Shown: one piece after another, positions 1 to 9,235 of the stretch
Layout: each line of letters begins with the position of its first letter
Position numbering within the stretch: position 1 is the first letter of the stretch
Assembly (NCBI GenBank): GCA_029548865.1
Contig: JAKPMO010000026.1
Coordinates: forward strand, 32,001 to 96,000
Origin: Caldisericota bacterium
GTDB lineage: Bacteria; Caldisericota; Caldisericia; JAAYUI01
Length of the DNA: 64,000 nt
Direction of reading: 5' to 3'
Translations under genes and position numbers: made by a program
The notes under the pieces: model-generated
Database searches by the model: none
Seen by the model: only the letters and a program-made list of their open reading frames with translations
Told to the model about the DNA's origin: nothing

Positions 1-2
1 CA

Positions 3-335
3 CCGGCTGGCCTCGATAAGCTCAAAGAGCTTGCAAAGCTGATCGGTGGAGAACTTTGTGGTTCAAGACCGCTTGTCGAAGCAGGCGCAATAACTCCTGA
101 CCGCCAAGTCGGGCAGACTGGAAAAACCGTTGTTCCAAGGGTATACATTGCTGTTGGAATCTCCGGAGCAATCCAGCACCTTGTTGGAATGCAGAACTCT
201 GATTGCATCATTGCGATCAACTCCGACCCGAACGCTCCGATATTCAAGGTCGCGACCGTCTCGATTGTAGGCTCATGGCAAGCCATTGTCCCTGCCGTGA
301 TTGAAGAGCTCAAGAAGAGAATGGGGAGGCAATAA
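3..335 (+). CDS. fixB: Electron transfer flavoprotein alpha subunit (FixB/EtfA), 5'-truncated by window edge
   Basis: Manual translation gives GSRPLVE, RQVGQTGKTV, IAVGISGAIQHLVGM, IIAINSDPNAPIF (ETF-alpha FAD domain); stop TAA 333-335 overlaps the next ATG. Confidence 0.93.
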   Translation, partial: PAGLDKLKELAKLIGGELCGSRPLVEAGAITPDRQVGQTGKTVVPRVYIAVGISGAIQHLVGMQNSDCIIAINSDPNAPIFKVATVSIVGSWQAIVPAVIEELKKRMGRQ

Positions 336-1636
336 TGGAAGAAACCTTTGATCTGGTAATCGTTGGAGGCGGGCCGGCAGGCATGAGCGCCGCAATCGTT
401 GCGGCAAGGGCCGGAATCAAGACGATCGTTATCGAGAGGGGAGAATTCCCTGGCTCGAAGAATGTCTATGGCGGTGTCGTCTATGTCCACGAAATCGAAA
501 AGATCCTCCCCGATTTCTGGAAAGACAAAACTGCGCCAATAGAGAGAGTCATCACCGACTCAAGGATCGTTTTTGCCAATGACCATGGTGCAATGCAAGT
601 GGGTTACAAGACAGACCGTTTCAGTGACCCGCCAAACGTCATCACGACCCACAGGGCAAAATGGGACCGCTGGTATGCCAACAAGGCAAAAGAGGCCGGC
701 GTTCTGATTGTAAATAACACTGTTGTCGAAGAAGTTCTCAGGGATTTAACTGGAAGAGTGACCGGTGTCCGCACCGGCAGGCCAGATGGCGACCTTTATT
801 GCAAGCTGGTCATCTTTGCCGATGGCGCTCAGTCACCGCTCCTTGTCAGGGCAGGCATCCGCAAGGAAGTAAAAGCCGAGCACGTCGCGCTCTCCGTCAA
901 GGAAACCATCCAGCTCTCGGAAGAGGAAGTCACAAAGCGCTTTGGAGCAAAGCCTGGCGAAGGCGTGACCTTTGAAATCCTCGGCTCGCTTGCCGACAAG
1001 ATGGACGGCGTGGCGATCATGTACACCAACAAGGACACAGTCTCCCTTGGAATCGGCGCCAACCTCGAACAGTGGAAGAAATCCAAAGTCACCCCGTACG
1101 AGATGATCGACAAGCTCAAAGAGCACCCGATGATAAAGCCGCTTGTTGATGGCGGGCAGACAAAGGAATATGTCGCCCACTGGCTCCCGGAGGGTGGATA
1201 CGACACAATACCAAAACTCTATGGCAACGGCTATCTGCTCTGTGGCGACACGGCAATGCTCTTCAATGCCCTGCACCGCGAAGGGACCAACCTGGCGCAG
1301 GAAACAGGAAGGCTGGCCGGAGAGATGGCAGTAAAGGCCATCAAGGAAGGCGACACCTCGGAGAGCATGCTTTCGGAATACGACGCAAACGTCAAAAATT
1401 CCTTTGTCCTCAAGGACATGCGCAAATACAGAAAATTCCCGCACCTCCTGTTCAACAACCCAATGATATTCCAGACCCTGCCAGACGTGGTTGGCGACAT
1501 GATCGAAGAGATGCTCCTTGTCGATGGCAAGTCCAAAAAGGAAAAACAGAAAATCATAGTCAGGAACATAAGGAAAAAAGTCGGTCTCTACAGGCTCATG
1601 GGCCTGGCGTTGAGAGCATGGAGGTCTGTGAAATGA
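335..1636 (+). CDS. fixC: FAD-dependent ETF:quinone oxidoreductase-like protein FixC
   Basis: GGGPAG Rossmann motif, ERGEFPGSKNVYGG, lies between fixB and fixX. Confidence 0.9.
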   Translation: MEETFDLVIVGGGPAGMSAAIVAARAGIKTIVIERGEFPGSKNVYGGVVYVHEIEKILPDFWKDKTAPIERVITDSRIVFANDHGAMQVGYKTDRFSDPPNVITTHRAKWDRWYANKAKEAGVLIVNNTVVEEVLRDLTGRVTGVRTGRPDGDLYCKLVIFADGAQSPLLVRAGIRKEVKAEHVALSVKETIQLSEEEVTKRFGAKPGEGVTFEILGSLADKMDGVAIMYTNKDTVSLGIGANLEQWKKSKVTPYEMIDKLKEHPMIKPLVDGGQTKEYVAHWLPEGGYDTIPKLYGNGYLLCGDTAMLFNALHREGTNLAQETGRLAGEMAVKAIKEGDTSESMLSEYDANVKNSFVLKDMRKYRKFPHLLFNNPMIFQTLPDVVGDMIEEMLLVDGKSKKEKQKIIVRNIRKKVGLYRLMGLALRAWRSVK

Positions 1637-1908
1637 GTAAAATAGAAGACAAACTCTACACAACAAGGTATCGCGTCGACCACAACACCCACCTGAAGAT
1701 CGCCGACATGGAAGTTTGCAGGAAATGCGAAGGCAAGCCCTGCACAATCTTCTGCCCGGCAAAGGTCTACATCTGGGACGAAGACCACATCAGGGTGGTC
1801 TATGAAGGTTGCCTCGAGTGCGGCTCCTGCAGGATAGGGTGCCCGTATTTCAACATCACCTGGAACTTCCCCAGGGGCGGCTACGGCGTCCAGCACAAGT
1901 TTGGATGA
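1633..1908 (+). CDS. fixX: Ferredoxin-like protein FixX
   Basis: CxxC..C..CPA, CLECGSC, W.FPRGGYGV.HKFG; start chosen at the ATGA overlap with the fixC stop. Confidence 0.9.
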   Translation: MSKIEDKLYTTRYRVDHNTHLKIADMEVCRKCEGKPCTIFCPAKVYIWDEDHIRVVYEGCLECGSCRIGCPYFNITWNFPRGGYGVQHKFG

Positions 1909-1909
1909 T

Positions 1910-1980
1910 TTGTTGCCCTTTTAAGGGCGACAAGTTTTGTTGTTAACCAAAAGCCAGGGTTTTATTGCCCTGGCTTTTGG
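1910..1980 (+). terminator. Two tandem hairpins closing the fix operon
   Basis: TTGTTGCCCTT/AAGGGCGACAA (1910-1933) and CCAAAAGCCAGGG/CCCTGGCTTTTGG (1947-1980), T-rich downstream. Confidence 0.65.
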
Positions 1981-2081
1981 ATTTTTATTGGGTTTGTGAA
2001 AGTTTGCGGAATATTTTTGAATAATTTAACCCCTCCGATTTTTGCTTGACAGTATTCATATAATTTAATCCTGGAGGGAAG

Positions 2082-3440
2082 ATGCCAAGAGAAGATCAAA
2101 TAATTACAGCCAAAAGCGATAAGCCTATAGCAAAATGTGATGAAGATATATTTGGTTGGAAAGATCATGCCAGAATGTTGGCAAAACTGATTACAGATAA
2201 GAGCAATGATGACGTTGCTTTGGGAATTTCTGCTCCTTGGGGCTCAGGGAAAACTTCAATGTTGAACCTTATAAAAGAACAAATAAAAGAATTAAAAATT
2301 GATCCAAAACCAATCATTGTTGAATTTGATCCATGGTTCTATGGTTCTGAAGATAAGGTAATCCATAGCTTTTTTGAAACCTTAGCTAAAGCTATTTTTA
2401 AGGAAAATCATCCAACCAGAGAGGCAATATCAAAAGCAATTGGGTATCTTTCAAAGATATTAACAAAAACACCAGATTTACCCTCAACTTTCACTCCCAA
2501 CCCTTTGGTTACTGAAGCAATAAATTTTGCAAAACAATTTCTTGGAACCTTAACTGATGACTTAAAAGACTGGATTGGACATGGCTCTTTGAATTCATTT
2601 CGTGACGTGAAGAAGCTGCTTATTTTATTGCTAACAGAAGCGCAAAGAAAAAATGAATTGCCTCAAATAATAATTATGATTGATGACTTGGACAGACTCC
2701 AGGCAGACGAAGCGTTGACGATGCTAAAAATAATAAGGTTAGTAACAGATTTGCCATGCATTAGATCAATAGTTGCATTTGATGAGAAAGCAACTGGGCA
2801 ATTAATATCTAATAAGTTTAATATTGATGGTATAAATTATATTAGAAAAATGATTAATGTACCTACTTATTTGCCCCATATTAGTAAAAACGATTTGAAA
2901 CAATATTTCGCAAAGGAAATGGAAGATATTTTAAATGCTAATGGTTATGTATATAAAAACATATCTTTTTCTCAAATTGTAGACAAAATAGGTGAAATTG
3001 TTGAAACGCTTAGATGTATAAAGATTATACTAAATACTTATAAAATTGGTATTTCTGCAGTTGGTGATTATGTGAATCCAATAGATTACTTAGTTCTATG
3101 TGTCTTTTTCAATTTAACTCCCACATTATTTAATGTATTAAAGAAAAATGGTGTACTCACATCATTAAGAATATCAGATAATAATAAAACTGGTGATGAA
3201 AGAATAATGTATGTAAAACTTAATGATAATGTAAAAGAATTAATGAATAATTATGAAATTAATGATAATGTTTTAGCAAAAACAATTGACGACTTACTAA
3301 GTGTGGTATTCAAAGGGTTAGTAAATGGGCAAACAACACAGAATTACTTTAATAGATTTGATAGTAAAAATATCTGTTGGGTAGACAATCATAAATACTA
3401 TTTTTCACTCCTTCAAAATTTAGAAAGTGCAGACTCATAA
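2082..3440 (+). CDS. KAP-family P-loop NTPase
   Basis: D.FG N-terminal motif, Walker A APWGSGKTS, EFDPWFY, Walker B IIMIDDLDR, YIRKMINVP; SD GGAGGG; strongly AT-rich. Confidence 0.85.
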   Translation: MPREDQIITAKSDKPIAKCDEDIFGWKDHARMLAKLITDKSNDDVALGISAPWGSGKTSMLNLIKEQIKELKIDPKPIIVEFDPWFYGSEDKVIHSFFETLAKAIFKENHPTREAISKAIGYLSKILTKTPDLPSTFTPNPLVTEAINFAKQFLGTLTDDLKDWIGHGSLNSFRDVKKLLILLLTEAQRKNELPQIIIMIDDLDRLQADEALTMLKIIRLVTDLPCIRSIVAFDEKATGQLISNKFNIDGINYIRKMINVPTYLPHISKNDLKQYFAKEMEDILNANGYVYKNISFSQIVDKIGEIVETLRCIKIILNTYKIGISAVGDYVNPIDYLVLCVFFNLTPTLFNVLKKNGVLTSLRISDNNKTGDERIMYVKLNDNVKELMNNYEINDNVLAKTIDDLLSVVFKGLVNGQTTQNYFNRFDSKNICWVDNHKYYFSLLQNLESADS

Positions 3441-3482
3441 GCTTAAATTTATCTTAGACATATTTGTTGTTTCAATCTATCC

Positions 3483-4028
3483 TTACGGCACATAATACAT
3501 CACAAGCGAAGTAAAGAACGCCACAAGGGAGAGGACAATCGTCACCAGCGCGGCCTTGTAGCAGAACCCTTTCAGGTCTGCGGCCCTTTCACTTGCGTGG
3601 ATTGCCTTGAATATACACTTTTTTGTTATCTCCAGATCGTGTGTTACCAACTCGGCGAGGGTGTACTTTGGGTGGCCTTTTAGATAGTCGGACAGTTTCT
3701 CCATCCATGCCAGATCGGGCAGTTCAACAAATTTTCTTGGCCAAAGGCCATTTATCAACAGGGCAAGGGTGGCTATAAAGCAGAGCGCGAAAACGATGAA
3801 AACTATCGTGTAGTCGGCGGCCTGGGTGAAGATGAAAGTCAGGTAGTCCTTGTTTACAACGCCGATCAGGATGCCCATTGTGGTGGCGTAAAAAATGAAG
3901 ATCTGGTTTAGCTTTGAGTCCAAGTCGAGGATGGTTTTGTCTGTTGTGTCCACGAGCCTCAGGATTATGTCAAAAAGCATCTTTTCGGATTCGATTGCTT
4001 CTTCAGCTAGCTTCTTTTCGTCCGGCAT
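3483..4028 (-). CDS. 3-TM membrane protein, possibly Pycsar-effector (PycTM/DUF5706)-like
   Basis: Pattern LDSK-TM1-TM2-LWPR-soluble helix-K-TM3; start moved to ATG 4028 (MPDEKK) after GGCGGGGG. Confidence 0.5.
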   Translation of the reverse strand: MPDEKKLAEEAIESEKMLFDIILRLVDTTDKTILDLDSKLNQIFIFYATTMGILIGVVNKDYLTFIFTQAADYTIVFIVFALCFIATLALLINGLWPRKFVELPDLAWMEKLSDYLKGHPKYTLAELVTHDLEITKKCIFKAIHASERAADLKGFCYKAALVTIVLSLVAFFTSLVMYYVP

Positions 4029-4145
4029 GGCCCCCGCCTTTTGCCCGTGCTTTTTGCCAGGCAATGTCTTTGCTAGCAAATAATATTGTTTGTTTTTTTA
4101 ATAGTCAATATTTGCGGATGTTTTGACGGGTGTCTTTTAAAAGAC

Positions 4146-4221
4146 TGGAGCCGGCGAACCGATTCGAACGGTCGACCTGCTGATTACAAGTCAGCTGCTC
4201 TACCAACTGAGCTACGCCGGC
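4146..4221 (-). tRNA. tRNA-Thr (UGU)
   Basis: Reverse complement GCCGGCGTAGCTCAGTTGGTAGAGCAGCTGACTTGTAATCAGCAGGTCGACCGTTCGAATCGGTTCGCCGGCTCCA: cloverleaf, anticodon TGT, TTCGAAT loop, encoded CCA. Confidence 0.97.
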
Positions 4222-4232
4222 GTCGACTTGAT

Positions 4233-4261
4233 ATCCTATTATTGCCAGTGCCTCAAGTCAA
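4233..4261 (-). promoter_or_regulatory. Sigma70-type promoter of tRNA-Thr
   Basis: TTGACT-17 nt-TAGGAT on the minus strand, 11 nt before the tRNA. Confidence 0.7.
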
Positions 4262-4482
4262 GAAAAAACATTGCCTGTTTGGACAGACCAACGTATACAA
4301 AGCGCCACCGTCTTCCAAGTATGGGTTGCTTTGAATGCAGGCCTCCTGAAAGATTGACAAAAAACACCTCTGGGTATGGAATGCTGGCCTTGAGGAGCCG
4401 GAATGACTTGTAAATCATTTATTGCTAATATCTTTACCAACCCTGTTGACCGGAGGTTTTTGGGGGAATATCATGCCTGCCC

Positions 4483-5082
4483 ATGGAGCAAAAAAAGGTG
4501 GTTATAAGCCCGGACACAAAGAGGGACAAAAGAATTCCCCCAGGGCAAAGCGAGACTACTTCGTTCCCAATCCTACATTATGGCCAGATGCCGACAGTTG
4601 ATATTGAAAAATGGAGATTTTCAATTTTTGGGCTTGTAGACGAGGAGAAATCATTTTCTTATGAGGAATTTTCTGGGCTACCAATGACCGAAGTCAGGTG
4701 CGACATCCACTGCGTCACCGGCTGGTCAAGGCTGGACAACGTTTTCGAGGGTGTGTCTGCGCTTGTGATCCGTGACCTCGTGAAGATAAGGCCAGAAGCT
4801 AAATTTGTTATGGTTCATGGCCACAATGATTTTACAACAAACATTCCGCTCCATGATTTTTTCCAGGATGATGTGGTTTTTGCGCTGAGATTCAACGGCG
4901 AACCAATTTCACCGGAACACGGTTTTCCTGTCCGCCTGGTTGTCCCTAGGCTTTATTTTTGGAAGTCGGCCAAATGGGTCACCGGTCTGGAGTTTATTCC
5001 GCGGAACAAGCTGGGTTTCTGGGAATCCTACGGCTACCACGAACACGGCGACCCCTGGAAAGAGGAGCGCTACGGGTACTGA
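4483..5082 (+). CDS. Sulfite-oxidase-like molybdopterin oxidoreductase (YuiH/MsrP-like)
   Basis: RIPPGQ, DIHCVTGWS, EHGFPVRLVVP.LYFWKSAKW, GFWE..GYH..GDPW.EER. Confidence 0.9.
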   Translation: MEQKKVVISPDTKRDKRIPPGQSETTSFPILHYGQMPTVDIEKWRFSIFGLVDEEKSFSYEEFSGLPMTEVRCDIHCVTGWSRLDNVFEGVSALVIRDLVKIRPEAKFVMVHGHNDFTTNIPLHDFFQDDVVFALRFNGEPISPEHGFPVRLVVPRLYFWKSAKWVTGLEFIPRNKLGFWESYGYHEHGDPWKEERYGY

Positions 5083-5091
5083 ACCTGAAAA

Positions 5092-5742
5092 CTAGTTCCC
5101 GTGGTCGTGGTTGCAGCTGCCCTCGAAATTTACATTTGAGCCTTTTTTGAAATTTTCTACTACCTGTTCAAGATCCTCTCCTTGTGCCAGGAGGACGGCT
5201 ATTCCAAGCTGGTCAAGAACAGATTTTGGTCTTTGTCCTATCCCCTTGACCAATACCGCTTTTACGCCGAGTTTTTCAAGAAAAAAAGCTATATCTCCGC
5301 AACCACCATGTTCAAACGAGTGGAACTCCTTTTTCTCGCCATCGAGATCAAGCACCGCAAAAAACGGTGATTTGCCAAAATGCCCTGATACGGTTGGATT
5401 TGACGTGTCCTGTTCAACTGGTACTGCAATAATTTTTGCCATTTTTTCTGTCTCCTGCATCTTTCTTATGTTATGATGTCCTTCGATCAGTGTAATTGCC
5501 TTTTGGTTGGTAAGGGCGTCTGCAACTTTTTTGCATGCGCTGGTGAGTATCCTTGCGTAAGTGGTCCTCGACACACCCATCATCCCGCACGCCTTTATCT
5601 GAAGAAAATTGTCGCCAGAAAGCTTGAGAGCTTCCACCTCATCGGCAGTCACAACGATATCACCATTTGGGTTTGAATCTGGAAGAAAGCGTGTTCTGAT
5701 AAAACTTCTATCAACAAACCGGCAATTCTTTGGCCTGGACAT
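5092..5742 (-). CDS. DUF134 DNA-binding domain fused to a NifB/NifX (FeMo-co-binding-like) domain
   Basis: MSRPKNCR..DEVEALKL..MGVSRTTY.RIL.SA.KKVADAL (DUF134), then GHFGKSPFF..GIG (NifX-like), Cys/His tail. Confidence 0.85.
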   Translation of the reverse strand: MSRPKNCRFVDRSFIRTRFLPDSNPNGDIVVTADEVEALKLSGDNFLQIKACGMMGVSRTTYARILTSACKKVADALTNQKAITLIEGHHNIRKMQETEKMAKIIAVPVEQDTSNPTVSGHFGKSPFFAVLDLDGEKKEFHSFEHGGCGDIAFFLEKLGVKAVLVKGIGQRPKSVLDQLGIAVLLAQGEDLEQVVENFKKGSNVNFEGSCNHDHGN

Positions 5743-5747
5743 ATTTA

Positions 5748-5771
5748 CATTATGAACATATGCACATAATG
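5748..5771. promoter_or_regulatory. Palindromic operator over the DUF134 promoter
   Basis: CATTATG-AA-CATATG-CA-CATAATG, overlapping minus-strand TTGAGC-16-CATAAT. Confidence 0.6.
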
Positions 5772-5948
5772 CTCAAGTGTCTACTGGTTATTTTTTGATT
5801 GTTGTATCGATTTCCAGTCCCATACAACAGAAAGGATTTCAATTTCACCTGTATTTCTTTGGTTTCTTAAGAGTTTTAATGTGGCCTCCCAAATGAAGTT
5901 CTTGCAAACATGTCTAATGTCTTGTTGGATATGAGGAAAGGATTTGAA

Positions 5949-7064
5949 ATGGAAAACACTGACTACATAAAAGCTTTTGATGGCTCGATTTCTGGACTAT
6001 TCAGGGACGCGACCAGGATAACACTTTCATCGCCGCGCCGCGCAATCTTCTTTGGAAAAATGCTTTTGGCACAGCTTAGGGCTTCAAAAGTGCGCGATAA
6101 ACTGCTTAGGGAAGAGAACCTGAGGGTGCCACCGCTTTCTATAATCAGTGTTACCAGACAGTGCAACCTCCATTGCAAGGGGTGCTATGCACATGCACAG
6201 GACAGGATAGGCGGGGAGGGACTCACAAGCGAAAAGCTTTTTGATGTCATTGCCCAGGCCGATGATATTGGCATGAGGATTGCCGTCATTGTTGGAGGGG
6301 AGCCTTTTACCAGAAATGACCTGTTTAGGCTTGCCCAATCACACAAGGACATGGTATTTGCCGTTTTTACAAATGGCCTGCTGTTTGATGATGATGCAAT
6401 TGCCCTTCTCAAACGCACCCCAAACCTTGTTCCGATAATAAGCATTGAAGGTGGCAAGGAGGAAACTGACAGAAGAAGGGGTGATGGTACTTTTGAAAAA
6501 GTCCATGAAGTGATGCGCAAGCTCAAGAGGGCGGGAGTGTTCTATGGCAACTCGATAACAGTCACTTCAGAGAATACTGATCTTGTGACATCCGGTGCTT
6601 TTGTGGAGGGACTCCTGCACCTTGGATCAAGGATTTTCTTTTATGTGGAGTATGTTCCTTTTGAAGCAGGCACGCAAAATAGTGTTCCAAGTGATGCCCA
6701 AAGGGTCCAGCTTGTCGAGAGCGTAAAATCATTCAGAAAACGCTTCCCGGGCCTTTTTATCGCCTTCCCAGGTGAAGAAAACGAATCGACAGGTTGTCTT
6801 GCTGCAGGAAAAGGTTTTGTGCACATAAGCGCGAGGGGTGAAGTCGAACCTTGTCCATTCGCGCCTTTCTCGGACTCGTCACTGCAGAACATGACCCTGA
6901 AGAACGCCCTTCGCTCGGAATTCCTCAGAAAGATCAGGGAATCACATGGGATGCTCGATGAGAGCGGGGGTTGTGCGCTATTCAACCAGAGAGTATGGCT
7001 TGAGAGAGAGCTTGGGGCATGCGGGAAAGAACCTTGCAACACAAAAGAGAAGGTTGCTGTATGA
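5949..7064 (+). CDS. Radical SAM protein with SPASM/twitch-like tail
   Basis: CNLHCKGC, GGEP, FTNG, GCLAAG..EPCPF..CAL; start at MENTDY after GAGGAAAGG. Confidence 0.88.
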   Translation: MENTDYIKAFDGSISGLFRDATRITLSSPRRAIFFGKMLLAQLRASKVRDKLLREENLRVPPLSIISVTRQCNLHCKGCYAHAQDRIGGEGLTSEKLFDVIAQADDIGMRIAVIVGGEPFTRNDLFRLAQSHKDMVFAVFTNGLLFDDDAIALLKRTPNLVPIISIEGGKEETDRRRGDGTFEKVHEVMRKLKRAGVFYGNSITVTSENTDLVTSGAFVEGLLHLGSRIFFYVEYVPFEAGTQNSVPSDAQRVQLVESVKSFRKRFPGLFIAFPGEENESTGCLAAGKGFVHISARGEVEPCPFAPFSDSSLQNMTLKNALRSEFLRKIRESHGMLDESGGCALFNQRVWLERELGACGKEPCNTKEKVAV

Positions 7065-7115
7065 AGATAATTCTTCGGTAAACCTTGGCCTTGAACAAGT
7101 TGTTTGAGTGATCTC

Positions 7116-7158
7116 ATTTGCCAGTGTGCTCACCTTGAGCACACTGGCAAATCTTTTA
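7116..7158 (+). terminator. Intrinsic terminator
   Basis: 17-bp perfect inverted repeat ATTTGCCAGTGTGCTCA-CCT-TGAGCACACTGGCAAAT followed by CTTTTA. Confidence 0.75.
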
Positions 7159-7242
7159 TTTGGGGATGGATCAATTTGAAACAGGAATTCCAAAAAAGCA
7201 ATGTTTGACAATTTGAACTGACTTGGATAGAAGATAAATTCA

Positions 7243-7261
7243 TATACCCTATATAGGTATA
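7243..7261. promoter_or_regulatory. CsoR/CstR/RcnR-like operator
   Basis: TATACC-CTATATA-GGTATA inverted repeat next to TTGATA, upstream of the polyferredoxin gene. Confidence 0.5.
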
Positions 7262-7368
7262 CTTGATATTTTAATATATGGTATAGTATTTTATCTTTAA
7301 TAAAATGGATGGTATATCTGACTCTAGTTTGTTATAATTCTACCATTAGAGAGTGAGAGGAGGAAAAG

Positions 7369-8196
7369 GTGGAAGAAAAAGTTGTTCCCAGAAAACCAAA
7401 GTATTTTTTCAAATGGAGGTATTTAAGGTATCTTTCCCAGGCGATATTTGCTGGCTCAGTGATTTTTCTTTCGTGGAGGCACCTTGCTTTTGCGACGAAA
7501 ATGGCGGGGCCAATCGATACTTACTGTCCTTTTGGAGGGTTTGTCACACTTCCAAAACTTGCAATGACTGGAGAGTTCGTCAGGCGCACAAGCGATTCGA
7601 ACGTTGTTTTGCTGATCGGCCTTGTTGTTGCCGTACTGGTTTTCGGTGGCGCTTTTTGTGGATGGGCCTGTCCTCTTGGCGGAGTGTTTGAATGGCTTTA
7701 TAGGCTCAGATTGAAGCTGTTTAAAAAACGCATCGAGCTCCCAAGGAAGCTCCATAATGTGCTTAGATGGTTCAGGTACGTTGTTCTGGCACTCATTCTG
7801 GCAATGACAATAATCAAGGCCGATCTGTGGTTTAAAGCTTACGATCCATACAGCATTCTGTTCACCTGGGGACATGCCGCAGATATTGTCGGAATAATAA
7901 TTCTTGTAGTTTTACTTCTTGGGTCGCTCTTTGTGGAGAGGTTTTTCTGTCTTTACCTATGTCCGCTTGGCGGGTTGATCCATCCGTTTGCAAAGGTTTC
8001 TGCCACTGGGATCAAAAGATATGAGGATATTTGCATCAATTGTGGAATATGCGACAAGGTTTGCCCTTACAGGATACCGGTGAGCAAGCAGGTAAAAATA
8101 GACAGAGGTTCATGCATCGAATGTATGAACTGTATTGAAGAGTGCCCTGCACCTGGCTCACTTGAGTTCACAATCGGGTATGGAGGTGGAAAATGA
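7369..8196 (+). CDS. Membrane 4Fe-4S binding protein (NapH/FixG-like polyferredoxin)
   Basis: CPFGG, FCGWACPLG, FCLYLCPLG, two CxxCxxCxxxCP clusters, several TM helices; GTG start after GAGGAGG. Confidence 0.88.
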   Translation: MEEKVVPRKPKYFFKWRYLRYLSQAIFAGSVIFLSWRHLAFATKMAGPIDTYCPFGGFVTLPKLAMTGEFVRRTSDSNVVLLIGLVVAVLVFGGAFCGWACPLGGVFEWLYRLRLKLFKKRIELPRKLHNVLRWFRYVVLALILAMTIIKADLWFKAYDPYSILFTWGHAADIVGIIILVVLLLGSLFVERFFCLYLCPLGGLIHPFAKVSATGIKRYEDICINCGICDKVCPYRIPVSKQVKIDRGSCIECMNCIEECPAPGSLEFTIGYGGGK

Positions 8197-9023
8197 AACT
8201 GAGACCATATGCCCTTGCAGGATTTCTTTTCCTTGGTGTTTTCCTGCTTGCCATTGTCGTTGGAATGGCAATCGGAAAGTGGAACCCGGCTGGAATTGGT
8301 GAAACAGGAACTGAGGAACTGGGTGAAGAGCATGAAGAAACAACAACTCTTCCAGAGCTTCATGGCTACATGAATCTGCTTGAATACCTAAAAGAAAATG
8401 GCATTTCTCCAGAGTGTGTGGCGCAAAAGCTTGGTGTTGCTGAATCTGAACTCAATATAGAGGCAAGGACTATTGCCGAGAAACTTGGTCTGGAAACCTA
8501 TCAGCTACCCGAAAAGTATAAAGATTGCCTGCCTGCACAGGAAAAGGATGGGGAAGAAAAAGACGAAGGTCGGGGAATTCCAGAGTTTAAGGGTTATATG
8601 AATTTCCTGGATTGGCTTGAGAACAATGGTTACTCAACCGATTGTGTCGCCTCAAAACTTGGCATTCCCATGATGCAGCTTGATGCAGAGGGTAAACAGA
8701 TTGCTGACATGTTGAAGGTAACACCAGAGGACCTGCCGAAAATGGTCCAAGACTGCAGAGGACTCCCACCAAAAGACCAACAGCCTGCACCAGGTGATAA
8801 TGGGAGCCAGCCATCAGGGCAACTGCCATCTATAGGAAATGCTAGTAATATGCCTGGGTATTACAAATCAAATGGTATTGTGGATCAACTGAAAACAAAT
8901 AAATCAAATACGCAAAAAGCTATTGATGATTTGAAGAAAAAAACTGAAGAAAAAAGGAAGGCCGTTGAGGATTTGTTGAAGACCTTTGAAGATAAAGCCA
9001 AGAATATTGATAAAAAAAGATAG
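8193..9023 (+). CDS. Membrane-anchored protein with two ~60-aa Cys-containing repeats and a coiled-coil tail
   Basis: N-terminal TM; PE..GYMN.L..L..NG....CVA.KLG...LP....DC occurs twice; ATGA-coupled to the upstream gene. Confidence 0.7.
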   Translation: MKLRPYALAGFLFLGVFLLAIVVGMAIGKWNPAGIGETGTEELGEEHEETTTLPELHGYMNLLEYLKENGISPECVAQKLGVAESELNIEARTIAEKLGLETYQLPEKYKDCLPAQEKDGEEKDEGRGIPEFKGYMNFLDWLENNGYSTDCVASKLGIPMMQLDAEGKQIADMLKVTPEDLPKMVQDCRGLPPKDQQPAPGDNGSQPSGQLPSIGNASNMPGYYKSNGIVDQLKTNKSNTQKAIDDLKKKTEEKRKAVEDLLKTFEDKAKNIDKKR

Positions 9024-9235
9024 TGTTAGCCCCCCCTTTATTTAATTATTAGCCAAAGCCCTCATATTGGGGGCCTTGTCATTTTACGCCAGCAATCTAT
9101 TTCTTGTCGCAATTTTCACAGGCTGGGCTTGTTGGTGGATTGCTTTTAATATAAGCTTCATGGGCAGTTTTTCTCATTTAATAGAATTTTTGTCAAGTTG
9201 AAATAAAATGTGGTCAGGTTTGCAAAGGAGACCAG

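Noticed and set aside
833..1762. 309-aa minus-strand ORF and other long antisense ORFs (e.g. 14949-15731, 17246-18091, 49549-50247, 63399-63992)
   Set aside because: Shadow frames of well-supported genes, with no motifs of their own.
4394..4417. GGAGCCGG and TGACTTGTAAATCA resembling tRNA-Thr pieces (att site), and an SD-led 34-aa ORF at 4403-4507
   Set aside because: Matches are short, in inconsistent orientations and on the wrong side of the tRNA; the ORF has no supporting homology and overlaps the next promoter and gene.
4270..4440. Moco/tungsten riboswitch upstream of the molybdopterin oxidoreductase
   Set aside because: Could not find the expected conserved stems; needs an Rfam scan.
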